Of a DNA stretch of 64,000 nucleotides, positions 28,168 through 37,664 are shown piece by piece. Below the pieces are notes generated by a model. That model did not search any database and was not told the origin of the DNA. It saw only the letters and a list, made by a program, of their open reading frames with translations. The position numbers and the translations under genes are program-made. Positions within the stretch are counted from its first letter, which is position 1; each line of letters starts with the position of its first letter. Source of the stretch: an uncultured Anaerolineales bacterium (GTDB lineage: Bacteria > Chloroflexota > Anaerolineae > B4-G1); assembly GCA_964390305.1 (NCBI GenBank), contig CAYMHT010000001.1, positions 41-64,040 of the forward strand, in the 5' to 3' direction.

Positions 28168-29715
28168 ATGACTCGAGACGGACGTCGCATAGCCAGGGCC
28201 GCCTCGCTGGTCATGGCGCTCTTTGTCTTGAGCCGCCTGCTCGGACTCGTGCGCCAAATGACCATCGGCGCGCTATTTGGCACCAGCGGCGAGTTGGATG
28301 CCTACCTGGCAGCGAGTCGTATCACCGAGACCGCTTTCCTCGTCGTCGCCGGTGGCGCTCTCGGATCGGCCTTCATCCCTGCCTTTGCCGATCACCTGGC
28401 AAACGGAGATCGCGCCGGCGCCTCCCGGTTACTCTCAGCTGTCATCAACCTGACGCTGATCGCGATGACGATCGTCGTGGGGTTGATCGCCCTCCTCGCT
28501 CCAACGCTGGTGCGCACCGCGATCGCGCCTGGATTTGACCCGGCACTGCAGCTTCTGACAGTGCGCTTGCTGCGGTTGATGCTGGTCACACCCGTCATCT
28601 TCGCCGTAAGCGGCATCGTTATGAGCGCGCTGAACGCTCAGCAACACTTTCTTCTACCGGCACTCGCGCCGTCAATCTACAATATTTGCATCATCGGTGG
28701 GGCAGTGGTGCTGGGGCCGAAGCTGGGCGTGCGCGGGATGGCTGTTGGCGTGGTCGTAGGCTCAGTTCTCCACCTGCTGATCCAGCTACCCCGATTGCTT
28801 CGCTACGGTGCCCGCTACGTGCCGGCCCTGGGATTGGCTGATCCCAGCGTCCGAGAGGTAGGGCGCCTGATGGGACCTCGCGTGCTGGGCACCGCGATAG
28901 CTCAGCTCAACCTGATCGTAAACAACAGCCTCGCCACTGGAATGGGGGAGGGCGCCGTCTCTGCCATCAACTATGCCTGGATGTTGATGCTTCTGCCCCA
29001 GGGGATCTTCGCTCAAGCTGTCGGAACGGCAGCTTTCCCCACGTTCGCCGAGCAAGCGGCGCGCGGACAGCGAGAGGAGATGCGACACGCTTTGTCCTCC
29101 ACACTGAGAGGGGTCTTCTTCCTCAGTATTCCTGCCACTGTGGGCTTGTTGGCCCTGGGAAATCCCCTGGTGAGCCTTTTCTTCGAGCGCGGAGCGTTCG
29201 AGGCCGCTTCGACCAAGGCTGTTGCCTGGGCGCTGGTCTTCTTCGCGCTGGGCCTGGTGGGCCACGCCGGCCTGGAGATCGTCGCTCGTGCATTCTATGC
29301 GCTCCACGACACACTGACGCCGGTCTGGGTGGGAGGGGTTGCCACCGCCCTGAATGTCGCGCTCAGCCTGACCTTGCCGGCGGTGTTCGCCTCAGCAGGA
29401 TTGCAGCCATTTGGTGGGCTGGCGTTGGCTAACTCAATTGCGACGCTCCTGCAGTTCGGCGTGTTGCTGATGCTCATTCGCCGTCGGATGAACGGCATAC
29501 AGGCTCGGCGAATGGCGAGAGCAATCGCCAAGAGTGGTTCGGCAGCTTTAACCATGGCTGTCGCGCTGGCAGCATGGCAGGCTGCCCTGCCCAACGCGGG
29601 ATCGCTCGTTCGAGGGGGCGGAGGGGTTCTGCTTGGTCTCGTCGTCTACCTGCTCGCAGCTCACCTGCTGAGGACCGAAGAGCTTCAAGCAATATACGCG
29701 CTGGTCCGTCGATGA
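28168..29715 (+). CDS. murJ: Lipid II flippase MurJ (MviN)
   Basis: MurJ N-terminus (LSRLLGLVRQMTIGALFGTSGELDAYLAASRI) and about 14 TM helices. ATG at 28168 is preferred; the ORF track starts at 28132. Confidence 0.9.
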   Translation: MTRDGRRIARAASLVMALFVLSRLLGLVRQMTIGALFGTSGELDAYLAASRITETAFLVVAGGALGSAFIPAFADHLANGDRAGASRLLSAVINLTLIAMTIVVGLIALLAPTLVRTAIAPGFDPALQLLTVRLLRLMLVTPVIFAVSGIVMSALNAQQHFLLPALAPSIYNICIIGGAVVLGPKLGVRGMAVGVVVGSVLHLLIQLPRLLRYGARYVPALGLADPSVREVGRLMGPRVLGTAIAQLNLIVNNSLATGMGEGAVSAINYAWMLMLLPQGIFAQAVGTAAFPTFAEQAARGQREEMRHALSSTLRGVFFLSIPATVGLLALGNPLVSLFFERGAFEAASTKAVAWALVFFALGLVGHAGLEIVARAFYALHDTLTPVWVGGVATALNVALSLTLPAVFASAGLQPFGGLALANSIATLLQFGVLLMLIRRRMNGIQARRMARAIAKSGSAALTMAVALAAWQAALPNAGSLVRGGGGVLLGLVVYLLAAHLLRTEELQAIYALVRR

Positions 29716-29746
29716 CCGACGGGTGGTGTCCATCACGGAGCAACGA

Positions 29747-29977
29747 CTATCCTTCAGGTCTGAAGGGGACCTCGCCCTCGGGTGTTATCTCTTTGACCCT
29801 CAGTTCTGCCTGATCGAGTTGCTGGTTGCAGTGGGCAGCCAGCCGCTGCCCCCGTTCGAAAAGGCTCAGGCTTTCCTCCAGTGAGAGCCCGCCGTCCTCC
29901 AGCCTGCTTACTATCTGCTCCAGCTCAGCGAAGGCCTCTTCGAAAGACATCTCTCCAAGTTCACGATCTTTCCCCAT
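29747..29977 (-). CDS. xseB: Exodeoxyribonuclease VII small subunit
   Basis: 76-aa protein with the XseB motif FEEAFAELEQIVSRLEDGGLSLEESLSLFERGQRL. Confidence 0.9.
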   Translation of the reverse strand: MGKDRELGEMSFEEAFAELEQIVSRLEDGGLSLEESLSLFERGQRLAAHCNQQLDQAELRVKEITPEGEVPFRPEG

Positions 29978-29987
29978 TCGCTCCTCC

Positions 29988-30563
29988 TCACGGCACGCGA
30001 GGCTTGGCCAGAATCTCCATCACCCGCAGGTCAAAGAATCGCTGCGCATTGGCAGGGATCACAGTGATGGCCGTGTCGGCCCCGCGACCGGTGCCAGCGA
30101 CGGCAATGCACGGCTCACCGACTGTCACGAGGCCGGCATCGGCAGCCATAAGAGCGATCTCTACACAGACCTTCATTCCCTCACCGAACGTCCGCAACGT
30201 GTACGCGATGATCTCGTCCGTGAGATACGTCCCCAGCTGCTTACGCACCGCGCGATTGACGCCCCCGAAGGCGTGCTGGCAAGTCAAGAGGGTCGCCCCA
30301 GCGTTCTCGATGGCCTCACGGTTCTCCTCCGTCAGCTCCTGGGCATTCGGCTCGACAAAACCGGTGGAGTGTGACACCACCACCACCTCGTAGCCTTGGA
30401 GCAGCTCAGCGGCCTGCGCGCCAGTTCGTCCTCGCGTGCTGGCCACCAGGATCGCATCGACCTCAAGGTCGGCCGCTCGCTTTGCCGCAATCCTAAGGGT
30501 CTTGGCGGTGTTTTGCGGGCCCGGCTCCTCGAAGTAGACCGTCGCAACAGTAACCTCAGACAC
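29988..30563 (-). CDS. Pyruvate-kinase C-terminal (alpha/beta) domain-like stand-alone protein, inserted between xseA and xseB
   Basis: 191-aa protein resembling the PK_C domain fold pattern (AILVASTRGRTGAQAAEL..VVVVSH...). Recognition is weak. Confidence 0.4.
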   Translation of the reverse strand: MSEVTVATVYFEEPGPQNTAKTLRIAAKRAADLEVDAILVASTRGRTGAQAAELLQGYEVVVVSHSTGFVEPNAQELTEENREAIENAGATLLTCQHAFGGVNRAVRKQLGTYLTDEIIAYTLRTFGEGMKVCVEIALMAADAGLVTVGEPCIAVAGTGRGADTAITVIPANAQRFFDLRVMEILAKPRVP

Positions 30564-30659
30564 AACCTCCTCCTCTCACGTCCTCCACTCCAGCTTGCCG
30601 ACCTCCTCCCGCCTGTCCCCTGGAGTCGACTGCGGAGTCCTGATCCTCACTCCCCCAGC

Positions 30660-31889
30660 TCACATCGCCTCCGCCTCGAAGTCTCCATCCGAGACGCGGA
30701 TGTCGAGCCTGTCACCTGATGTCACGTCTCGAGTCGAGCGAACCACGGCGCCGGTCCTCTGGTCTCGCACGATGGCGTATCCCCTTTCCAGGGTAGATAG
30801 AGGGCTCACCCCGATCAATCGTCCAAGCAGCCCCTCCAGCCGTTCACGGCGCAGACGGAATTCATGATAGACAGCTTTCTCGGCACGTTCCGTGAGATCG
30901 TCTACACGTTGACGGGCCTGCATCAACTGCGCAGCCGGCGAGAGATGCCGCAGTCCTCGAACTTGCTCGATCAAGCGCCATCGACGTCCCGCAATGCTGT
31001 CCTGCAGTTTGCCGGACAGGACAGCGGCGTGTTCTCTAATCTGAGCGCGGACCTCGGTCTGATCTGGCACGACCAGCTCCGCAGCCGCTGAGGGTGTAGG
31101 AGCGCGCGCATCGGCGGCAAAATCGGCGAGCGAGAAATCCGTTTCGTGGCCGACACCACAGACCACGGGGATCCGGGAGCCGGCGATCGCTCTGGCCACC
31201 TCCTCGTGATTGAAGGCCCACAACTCCTCCAGGCTGCCGCCCCCACGCGCAACAATCATCGCCTCTACGTCGTCGCGTTCATTGAGCGCCTCGATCGCGG
31301 CCACAATCTGAGGGGGCGCAGCTTCTCCTTGCACCGGCGTCGGTGACAACAGGACCTCCACCAGCGGGAACCGGCGACCGAGAACGTTAAGGATATCGCT
31401 GAGCGCAGCAGCTGTCGGCGATGTCACAACACCAACGCACCCTGGGAATCTGGGCAGCCTTCGCTTCCGCTCCGCGGCGAAAAGCCCCTCCTCCTCCAAT
31501 CGCTCCTTCAGGCGCTCAAACTCTCGATACAGATCCCCCACGCCAGCGCGCTCGATCCGATCAACGTACAGCTGATAGAGACCCCGCACCTCGTACACGC
31601 CCACCCGACCATGACTCAACACCAGGTCCCCGTCCGCGGGCAGATAGCTCTGTCGATCGGCGTCACTGCGCCACATCACGCATCGGATCTGCGCGCGAGG
31701 ATCCTTGAGCGTAAAGTAGCAGTGACCCGAGGCAGCACGGTTGAAGTTCGAGACCTCTCCCTCGAGCCACACGTCGCGCAAGGCGGGGTCTTCGTCTATC
31801 AGCCGCCGAATGTACCCGGTAAGCTGACTGACGGTGTACGGCTCCGAGTGCGTCGATCCGAAGAAGCTGAGCTGTTCAAACATCGTCAC
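30660..31889 (-). CDS. xseA: Exodeoxyribonuclease VII large subunit
   Basis: N-terminal OB fold (YTVSQLTGYIRRLIDEDPALRDVWLEGEVSNFNRAASGHCYFTLKD) and the ExoVII large-subunit core. Confidence 0.9.
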   Translation of the reverse strand: MTMFEQLSFFGSTHSEPYTVSQLTGYIRRLIDEDPALRDVWLEGEVSNFNRAASGHCYFTLKDPRAQIRCVMWRSDADRQSYLPADGDLVLSHGRVGVYEVRGLYQLYVDRIERAGVGDLYREFERLKERLEEEGLFAAERKRRLPRFPGCVGVVTSPTAAALSDILNVLGRRFPLVEVLLSPTPVQGEAAPPQIVAAIEALNERDDVEAMIVARGGGSLEELWAFNHEEVARAIAGSRIPVVCGVGHETDFSLADFAADARAPTPSAAAELVVPDQTEVRAQIREHAAVLSGKLQDSIAGRRWRLIEQVRGLRHLSPAAQLMQARQRVDDLTERAEKAVYHEFRLRRERLEGLLGRLIGVSPLSTLERGYAIVRDQRTGAVVRSTRDVTSGDRLDIRVSDGDFEAEAM

Positions 31890-31929
31890 AACGGATCATC
31901 CATACACCAGACGAAGGGACAATTCCATC

Positions 31930-32442
31930 TCACCCTCTCAGCACCTGCCACACGAAGATCAGGATCATGGAGACTCCAACGGAGAGTTGCACACCAACCG
32001 AAAGGAGATAGCCGGCCAACCATCCACCAACTACTTTGAGCGTCCCACGCCAGTCCCTGCGGCGATGCCACTCAGCTAGAACAAGACCGACAAGGGCGCC
32101 AACAAAGGCCCCTGGAACGGCACCAATTCCGAAGAAGATCAGGCCCGCGATACCTCCCACTGCTCCCAACAAGATCCCGACCAGCACGGACCAGGTCGAT
32201 GCGCCGCCCACCTTGGCTCCCGCCTGGGTCATCCAGAATTCGGCGCTGAAGCCAAGCGCTGCAAGAAAGGTGAGGAAAGCGAAAGTCAGGGGGTCGATGG
32301 CGGCGAATCCCTCGGCGATAGCGTAGATCAGAATCACAAACCAGATGAGGACGATATCCGGGACGAGGGGCACAAGAACACCAGCCAGGGCGAAGAGCAT
32401 CGCGACCAGCGCAACCCAGAATGCCCAAATGGGTAGGCCCAT
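31930..32442 (-). CDS. DUF456-family small membrane protein
   Basis: 170-aa protein with 4-5 TM helices and a Gly-rich helix (GILLGAVGGIAGLIFFGIGAVPGAFVGALVG). Confidence 0.6.
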   Translation of the reverse strand: MGLPIWAFWVALVAMLFALAGVLVPLVPDIVLIWFVILIYAIAEGFAAIDPLTFAFLTFLAALGFSAEFWMTQAGAKVGGASTWSVLVGILLGAVGGIAGLIFFGIGAVPGAFVGALVGLVLAEWHRRRDWRGTLKVVGGWLAGYLLSVGVQLSVGVSMILIFVWQVLRG

Positions 32443-32451
32443 GCTGTCCCC

Positions 32452-32479
32452 CTAAAAGAAAATCGGCCCGTCTGGGCCG
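32452..32479 (-). terminator. Intrinsic terminator downstream of tRNA-Lys on the minus strand
   Basis: Perfect hairpin CGGCCC-GTCT-GGGCCG at 32464-32479, followed on the minus strand by a U-tract (plus-strand AAAAGAAAAT at 32453-62). Confidence 0.5.
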
Positions 32480-32494
32480 ATCATCCAGCAAGTG

Positions 32495-32567
32495 TGGGCC
32501 GTGCAGGACTCGAACCCGCGACCCTGGGCTTAAAAGGCCCCTGCTCTACCAGCTGAGCTAACGGCCC
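32495..32567 (-). tRNA. tRNA-Lys (anticodon UUU); CCA is not encoded
   Basis: Manual cloverleaf: 7-bp acceptor stem GGGCCGU/ACGGCCC, U8, D-arm GCUC-AGCUGGUA-GAGC, anticodon loop CUUUUAA, variable loop GGGUC, T-arm GCGGG-UUCGAGU-CCUGC, discriminator A. Confidence 0.85.
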
Positions 32568-32576
32568 ACACAGGCG

Positions 32577-32605
32577 AGTATAACACGCGCAATAGGCGTT
32601 GTCAA
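32577..32605 (-). promoter_or_regulatory. tRNA-Lys promoter: TTGACA, 17 nt, TATACT on the minus strand
   Basis: Reverse complement of 32600-32605 is TTGACA and of 32577-32582 is TATACT. The -10 ends about 9 nt before the mature tRNA 5' end. Confidence 0.5.
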
Positions 32606-32937
32606 CTTCGCTCTCGGCGGGCGGGGCAGCACGCTCAAATGGTCTTGCTTCCTGACCAAGATCTGCCTCCCCCGCAGTGCGGCTCGACCACCTGCACGGG
32701 ACGGACTTGACACCGAACCACCGCCGCACTAGAATAGTCTACCTTCTTCTCTCGCTCCTTACCAGAACCATAGTGAGACGGCACCGCCCTTTTCTCAACC
32801 GGATGTACAGGTGCTGGATCCGTGCCAGGCAAACTCCCCAGTCCCCGGCGTCGGCAGGAAGCGCTCCGTCGCCGGGCCGGGTCCACCGTTTGAACACGCT
32901 GGTGCCGGCCCATTCATCTCATTATCAAATCAGGAGA

Positions 32938-33498
32938 ATGACAGTGAAAGCAAGACTAGACAGGTTTTCTCGGCGGTGCATCAGCTTGACCGTTCTCATC
33001 GTCTGCCTAGTGCCTGCCGGCACCGTCCTGGCCCGGACCCCTGTCCCGTCATCTGCGCTCCTGAGTTCGGTAGGGGCTCGAGCCCAACCTGCCGCGTCGA
33101 CCCAGCCTTCCCGGCAGACTATCCTTGGCTATCACACCGTGCAGGGAGGAGAGACGCTCTACTGCATCGCGCGAGCTTACGGGGTCGATCCGTCTGCCAT
33201 TGCCAGAGCAAACGGACTGCTCAATCCGAACCTCGTTCTTCCCGGAACGGTTCTGGCAGTGCCGAACGTCCCGCATTCGTTACCGGAAGGTCCGACGTGC
33301 CCGGCCCAGTTCGCCACGGACACGAGCCTCGCACATGGCACGGCCCCCGGCTGCCGCTGGCTTCATCCCGTATCAAGCGGACAGAACCTGTTTCGCATCT
33401 CGCTGCGCTACGGGGTGAGCATATCCACGATCGTGCAAGCAAATGACATCAGCGACCCCAACCTCATCTACGCGGGGCAGACGCTCTGCATCCCCTAG
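32938..33498 (+). CDS. Secreted protein with two LysM domains (peptidoglycan-binding)
   Basis: Signal peptide, then two LysM motifs (YHTVQGGETLYCIARAYGVDPSAIARANGLLNPNLVLPGTVLAVP and FRISLRYGVSISTIVQANDISDPNLIYAGQTLCIP). AGGAG RBS 5 nt before the ATG at 32938. The ORF track has a GTG at 32677. Confidence 0.8.
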   Translation: MTVKARLDRFSRRCISLTVLIVCLVPAGTVLARTPVPSSALLSSVGARAQPAASTQPSRQTILGYHTVQGGETLYCIARAYGVDPSAIARANGLLNPNLVLPGTVLAVPNVPHSLPEGPTCPAQFATDTSLAHGTAPGCRWLHPVSSGQNLFRISLRYGVSISTIVQANDISDPNLIYAGQTLCIP

Positions 33499-33646
33499 GG
33501 ATCAAGGCACGTCCCGGGCAACGGTCCGACCTGGAACGCAGAAGCTTCCCTCGATACCCTCACATCTGGCTCTCCGAAGCAAGACCTGACCCGACGTGAC
33601 CATGGGTGACGTCGGCGCGGTCGCGCAGCGCGGCCTGACGGGACGG

Positions 33647-34678
33647 CTAGCCCACGACCTCCTGCACCGCCCGGACGGCAATCTCAATGTCGGAGTCATC
33701 TATCCAGTAATGCGTCACAGCGCGGAAACGTCCACTACCCCGGCTGTTCACCAGAACGCCTCGCTCCGCCAGCTCCGCGTATACCTCTTCGGGCAATTTC
33801 TCCACCTCATCGCCGATCTGAAAATACAGAATGTTCGTCGTCACGGGCGCCACGTCCACACCCGGCACCTGCTCCAGCCCCCCTGCCAGCTGCCTTGCGC
33901 GAACGTGGTCTTCGACTAAACGGTCGATCATCTCCTCCAGGGCAACAACACCTGCCGCGGCGATGATTCCCGCCTGACGCATCCCGCCGCCCACGACTTT
34001 CCGTGCTCGTCGCACCTTGGCGATGAAGTCGCCGCCGCCGCACACCATCGATCCCACTGGCGCGCACAGCCCCTTCGAGAGACAGAACATCACCGAGTCC
34101 ACCTCCCGTGCGATCTCCTTCGCGTCCACGCCCAGAGCAGCGGCCGCATTGAAGATTCGCGCCCCATCCAGGTGGACCTTCAGACCGTGACTATGTGCGA
34201 GCTGAGCTGCCTGTGCCATGTACCCGACCGGCAGCGGCGCCCCGTTACACATATTGTGCGTGTTTTCCAGGCATACCAGCCGAGTGACCGGGAAGTGAGG
34301 ATTGTCGGGGCGGATGGCACCTTCGATATCCTCCAGTCGCAGTGTCCCGTCGTCTTGGTTGGGAATGGGATGGGGTGTGATCCCTCCCAGCGCCGCCATA
34401 CCACCTTGCTCGAAGAGAAAGCTGTGGCTCTGGTCGCCCAAGATGACCTCATCACCTCGCCCGCAGTGGCTCAGCAATGCCACGAGGTTGCCCATCGTGC
34501 CGCTGGCAACAAAAAGAGCTGCTTCCTTTCCCAGCCTTTCGGCCGCCATCCTCTCCAGCTTATTGACCGTCGGGTCTTCCCCGTACACGTCATCGCCTAC
34601 CTCTGCCCGATGCATCGCCTCGCGCATTGCAGGTGTGGGGCGCGTCACGGTGTCGCTACGTAGATCGACAGTTCCCAT
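33647..34678 (-). CDS. ltaE: Low-specificity L-threonine aldolase (PLP-dependent)
   Basis: Threonine-aldolase N-terminus ([18 protein letters not shown]...[15 protein letters not shown]) and a fold-type I PLP-enzyme core. Confidence 0.85.
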   Translation of the reverse strand: MGTVDLRSDTVTRPTPAMREAMHRAEVGDDVYGEDPTVNKLERMAAERLGKEAALFVASGTMGNLVALLSHCGRGDEVILGDQSHSFLFEQGGMAALGGITPHPIPNQDDGTLRLEDIEGAIRPDNPHFPVTRLVCLENTHNMCNGAPLPVGYMAQAAQLAHSHGLKVHLDGARIFNAAAALGVDAKEIAREVDSVMFCLSKGLCAPVGSMVCGGGDFIAKVRRARKVVGGGMRQAGIIAAAGVVALEEMIDRLVEDHVRARQLAGGLEQVPGVDVAPVTTNILYFQIGDEVEKLPEEVYAELAERGVLVNSRGSGRFRAVTHYWIDDSDIEIAVRAVQEVVG

Positions 34679-34733
34679 TTCGTTACCTCCAAAAGAGTGG
34701 GCGCCTGTATCGCGTCAGTCGGACCGTCATTGG

Positions 34734-34761
34734 ATTATAGTCTTCCTCATGCTCTGGTCAA
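34734..34761 (-). promoter_or_regulatory. ltaE promoter: TTGACC, 16 nt, TATAAT on the minus strand
   Basis: Reverse complement of 34756-61 is TTGACC and of 34734-39 is TATAAT, about 55 nt upstream of the ltaE start. Confidence 0.45.
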
Positions 34762-34770
34762 CACATTCGC

Positions 34771-34798
34771 TTGACCAGCCACCCAGGTCACTTATAAT
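34771..34798 (+). promoter_or_regulatory. Divergent plus-strand promoter: TTGACC, 16 nt, TATAAT. The next plus-strand start is the CCA gene about 240 nt away
   Basis: Hexamers at 34771-76 and 34793-98, back to back with the ltaE promoter. Confidence 0.45.
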
Positions 34799-35042
34799 CG
34801 GATTGCTGCCCAATCATCTCGGGGTCAGCGCAAGCACTCGGCGATGGCGAGTCGTGTCAGAGTGGTACCCTGGATTCTCGAGATGCAGAGCTGAGGCTCC
34901 AGCTGACCGAGCGGTCATCCGCGCCCGACGATGCACGGCAGGAAGAGCAGTCTGCCTAGCTGGATGAGAATCGTCCCGACGCGCCGCCCAGCACTGTTCC
35001 GAGACTTGAGAGAGCACCTGCTGATCGGAAGGGAGTCGCAGC

Positions 35043-37664
35043 TTGGAAGTCATTCTAACCCACGAAAACGCCGATTTCGACGCCATCGCCAGCCTGTTGG
35101 GTGCGAGCAAGCTCTTCTCAGGCGCGATCCCTGTCTTGCCTCGGCGCGTGAATCGAAACGTCAGTGCCTTCCTGGCACTCTATGGTGCGGAGCTTCCGTT
35201 CACCCATCCTGACGAGCTACCACGTGACGAGATCGAACGGGCCATTCTGGTCGACACCCAGAGTCTGACCACACTCAGAGGCATGACTTCGGACCTGAAG
35301 GTCGACATCATCGATCACCACAAGCTCGATCGCGACCTGCCCCCGGACTGGACATTCTCTGGCGAGCCGATGGGGTCCACGACAACGCTCTTGATCGAAG
35401 AGACCTCGACGCGTTTCATCAACCTCACCGATTTGGAGGCGACCCTGCTGCTGTTGGGGATCTATGAGGATACCGGCTCCCTGCTGTATCAGTCGACGAC
35501 TGTTCGCGATGTGCGAGCGTCCGCCTGGCTGATGGAACAGGGCGCTCGACTCGACCTGGTCAACGAGTTCTTGCGCCACCCCTTAGGCCCCGAGCAGCGG
35601 GAGCTTTACGAGCGGTTGTTGGAGAAAAGCGAAACCTTCGACATTGAGGGACACACGATCGTCATCACGGCTGAGAGAGCCCCGGACTTCAAAGAGGGGC
35701 TGTCCACACTCGCGCATAAGCTGCGCGATCTCCTCGAACCCTCGGCACTGCTCATGCTGGTCGCGCTCGATGGACGAATCCAGCTCGTCGCCCGCAGCAC
35801 CACCGACGACGTCGACGTCTCCGTCGTGGCAAAGCACTTCGGTGGAGGGGGCCACGACCGGGCCGCGGCTGCCCTCATTCATGATCGCGATCTGGAGGAC
35901 GTCCGCGAAGAGCTCCTGGATATGCTGCCTGATATCATCCGTCCATCTGTGACTGTTGCTGAAGTGATGTCGCTGGGCGTGCAAGTGCTCTCGCCAGAGG
36001 ACACCGTCGGCGATGCAGCCGAGCAGATGCGCCGTACGGGCCACGAGGGCTACCCGGTCGTACGGGGCAATCAGGTGATCGGCCTGGTGACTCGTCGAGC
36101 TGTCGATCGGGCTGAGCAGTTCGAGATGACTGACGCGCCTGTCACCCAGGTGATGGATGCAGGCAGCGTCACCGTCAGACCCGAGGATTCAGTGGAAACC
36201 CTGCAGCAGTTGATGATCGAGTCTGGGTGGGGTCAGATTCCGGTGGTGAAGGATGGAAACGTGATAGGCGTTGTCACCCGCACCGATTTGATCACGCTCT
36301 GGGGCGTCCCTCCAGAGCCATCGCGCCGTCTAAGGATAGCAGCGCGTCTCGAGCAGGCTCTATCCGATCCGCTGCTCGCCCTGGTGCGCCGTGTCTCTCG
36401 GACGGCCCACGAGATGGACATTGTCCCCTACTTCGTTGGGGGTCTGGTGCGCGATCTGCTGCTGGGTCAGCCCATCGTCGATGTGGACATGGTCGTCGAG
36501 GGAGATGCAATCGCCCTGGCCGATCGGCTGGCTGACAAGCTCGGTGGAAGGGTCATCGCTCATCGACGCTTCGGCACGGCGAAGTGGATTCTCTCAGACC
36601 GAGTGTGGGCCAAAGTTGCTGATCAGGTCTCCTCGGAGGATGAATTGCCTCCCAGCGTCGACTTTGTCACGGCGCGCACGGAGTTCTATACTCACCCCAC
36701 GGCTCTCCCGCAGGTGGCCCAAAGCTCGATTAAGCAAGACCTGCACCGGCGAGATTTCACCATCAACACGCTTGCTATCCGGCTAGACCCCGACCACTGG
36801 GGAGAACTCCTTGACTTCTATGGGGGCGAGGAAGACTTGGAGAAAGGGATCATCCGTGTGCTGCACAGCCTCAGCTTCGTCGATGATCCCACTCGAATCT
36901 TGCGGGCTGCACGGCTCGAGAGCCGACTCGGCTTCCATCTTGACCCCCGGAGCGAGGAACTGATCGACGATGCCCTTCCGCTGCTGAAGAGAGTCAGTGG
37001 CGACCGCATACGCCACGAGTTGGAGCTGATCTTCCGCGAGGAAGAGCCAGAGCGAGCCCTGTGCCGACTGGATGAGTTAGGTGCTCTATCACGTATCCAT
37101 CCGCATCTTCAGTGCGACCGTTGGCTAAGGGTGAAGTATCGCACCCTACGAAAGCATCTCGACCCCGAGAAGTGGGGGCTCGAGCCGGAGGACATGGATT
37201 TCCTCCATCTGGCTCTACTGGCCTACCGACTCGATGCGGACGAGCTCCGGGCATTGAGCGAGCGCCTTAAGGTGAAGCGGGAGACTGAGGAGGACCTGCT
37301 CTCGATGGAGAGTCTACGGCAGAGGCTGCCTGAGCTCCTGAGGTTGGATCGGCCCAGCGAAATACACCATCTTCTCCAGCCTTACGCGGCTCGCGTCAGA
37401 GCGGCCGTTTGGACCGCGACCGACAGCTCCGTAGCTCAGGAGCGCTTGCTCCGCTACCAGACCAGATGGCGATTTGTGGAGCCGGAGCTTACGGGCGACG
37501 ACTTGAAGGCCATGGGGCTGGAGCCCGGCCCGCTCTTCGGTCACCTGCTGAGAGAACTGCGTGATGCCCGACTGAACGGTGAGGTGAGCACGCAGGAGGA
37601 AGAGAGGGCACTGATGGAGCGAATGCTGACTGACACTGATCTGGTTGATGAGGAGGAACGATGA
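35043..37664 (+). CDS. cca: Multi-domain CCA-adding tRNA nucleotidyltransferase (873 aa): DHH/DHHA1 phosphoesterase, CBS pair, poly(A)-polymerase head and C-terminal domains
   Basis: DHH motif (ILTHENADFDAIAS), DHHA1 (GGGHDRAAAA), two CBS domains, and the nucleotidyltransferase head (VGGLVRDLLLGQPIVDVDMVVEGDA...RRDFTINTLAI). TTG start preceded by GGAAGGGAG; an in-frame stop lies 21 nt upstream. Confidence 0.85.
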   Translation: MEVILTHENADFDAIASLLGASKLFSGAIPVLPRRVNRNVSAFLALYGAELPFTHPDELPRDEIERAILVDTQSLTTLRGMTSDLKVDIIDHHKLDRDLPPDWTFSGEPMGSTTTLLIEETSTRFINLTDLEATLLLLGIYEDTGSLLYQSTTVRDVRASAWLMEQGARLDLVNEFLRHPLGPEQRELYERLLEKSETFDIEGHTIVITAERAPDFKEGLSTLAHKLRDLLEPSALLMLVALDGRIQLVARSTTDDVDVSVVAKHFGGGGHDRAAAALIHDRDLEDVREELLDMLPDIIRPSVTVAEVMSLGVQVLSPEDTVGDAAEQMRRTGHEGYPVVRGNQVIGLVTRRAVDRAEQFEMTDAPVTQVMDAGSVTVRPEDSVETLQQLMIESGWGQIPVVKDGNVIGVVTRTDLITLWGVPPEPSRRLRIAARLEQALSDPLLALVRRVSRTAHEMDIVPYFVGGLVRDLLLGQPIVDVDMVVEGDAIALADRLADKLGGRVIAHRRFGTAKWILSDRVWAKVADQVSSEDELPPSVDFVTARTEFYTHPTALPQVAQSSIKQDLHRRDFTINTLAIRLDPDHWGELLDFYGGEEDLEKGIIRVLHSLSFVDDPTRILRAARLESRLGFHLDPRSEELIDDALPLLKRVSGDRIRHELELIFREEEPERALCRLDELGALSRIHPHLQCDRWLRVKYRTLRKHLDPEKWGLEPEDMDFLHLALLAYRLDADELRALSERLKVKRETEEDLLSMESLRQRLPELLRLDRPSEIHHLLQPYAARVRAAVWTATDSSVAQERLLRYQTRWRFVEPELTGDDLKAMGLEPGPLFGHLLRELRDARLNGEVSTQEEERALMERMLTDTDLVDEEER

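Noticed and set aside
33499-33646. Terminator between the convergent LysM and ltaE genes
   Set aside because: I found no convincing GC-rich hairpin with an adjacent T-tract in this 148-nt gap, so I annotate none.
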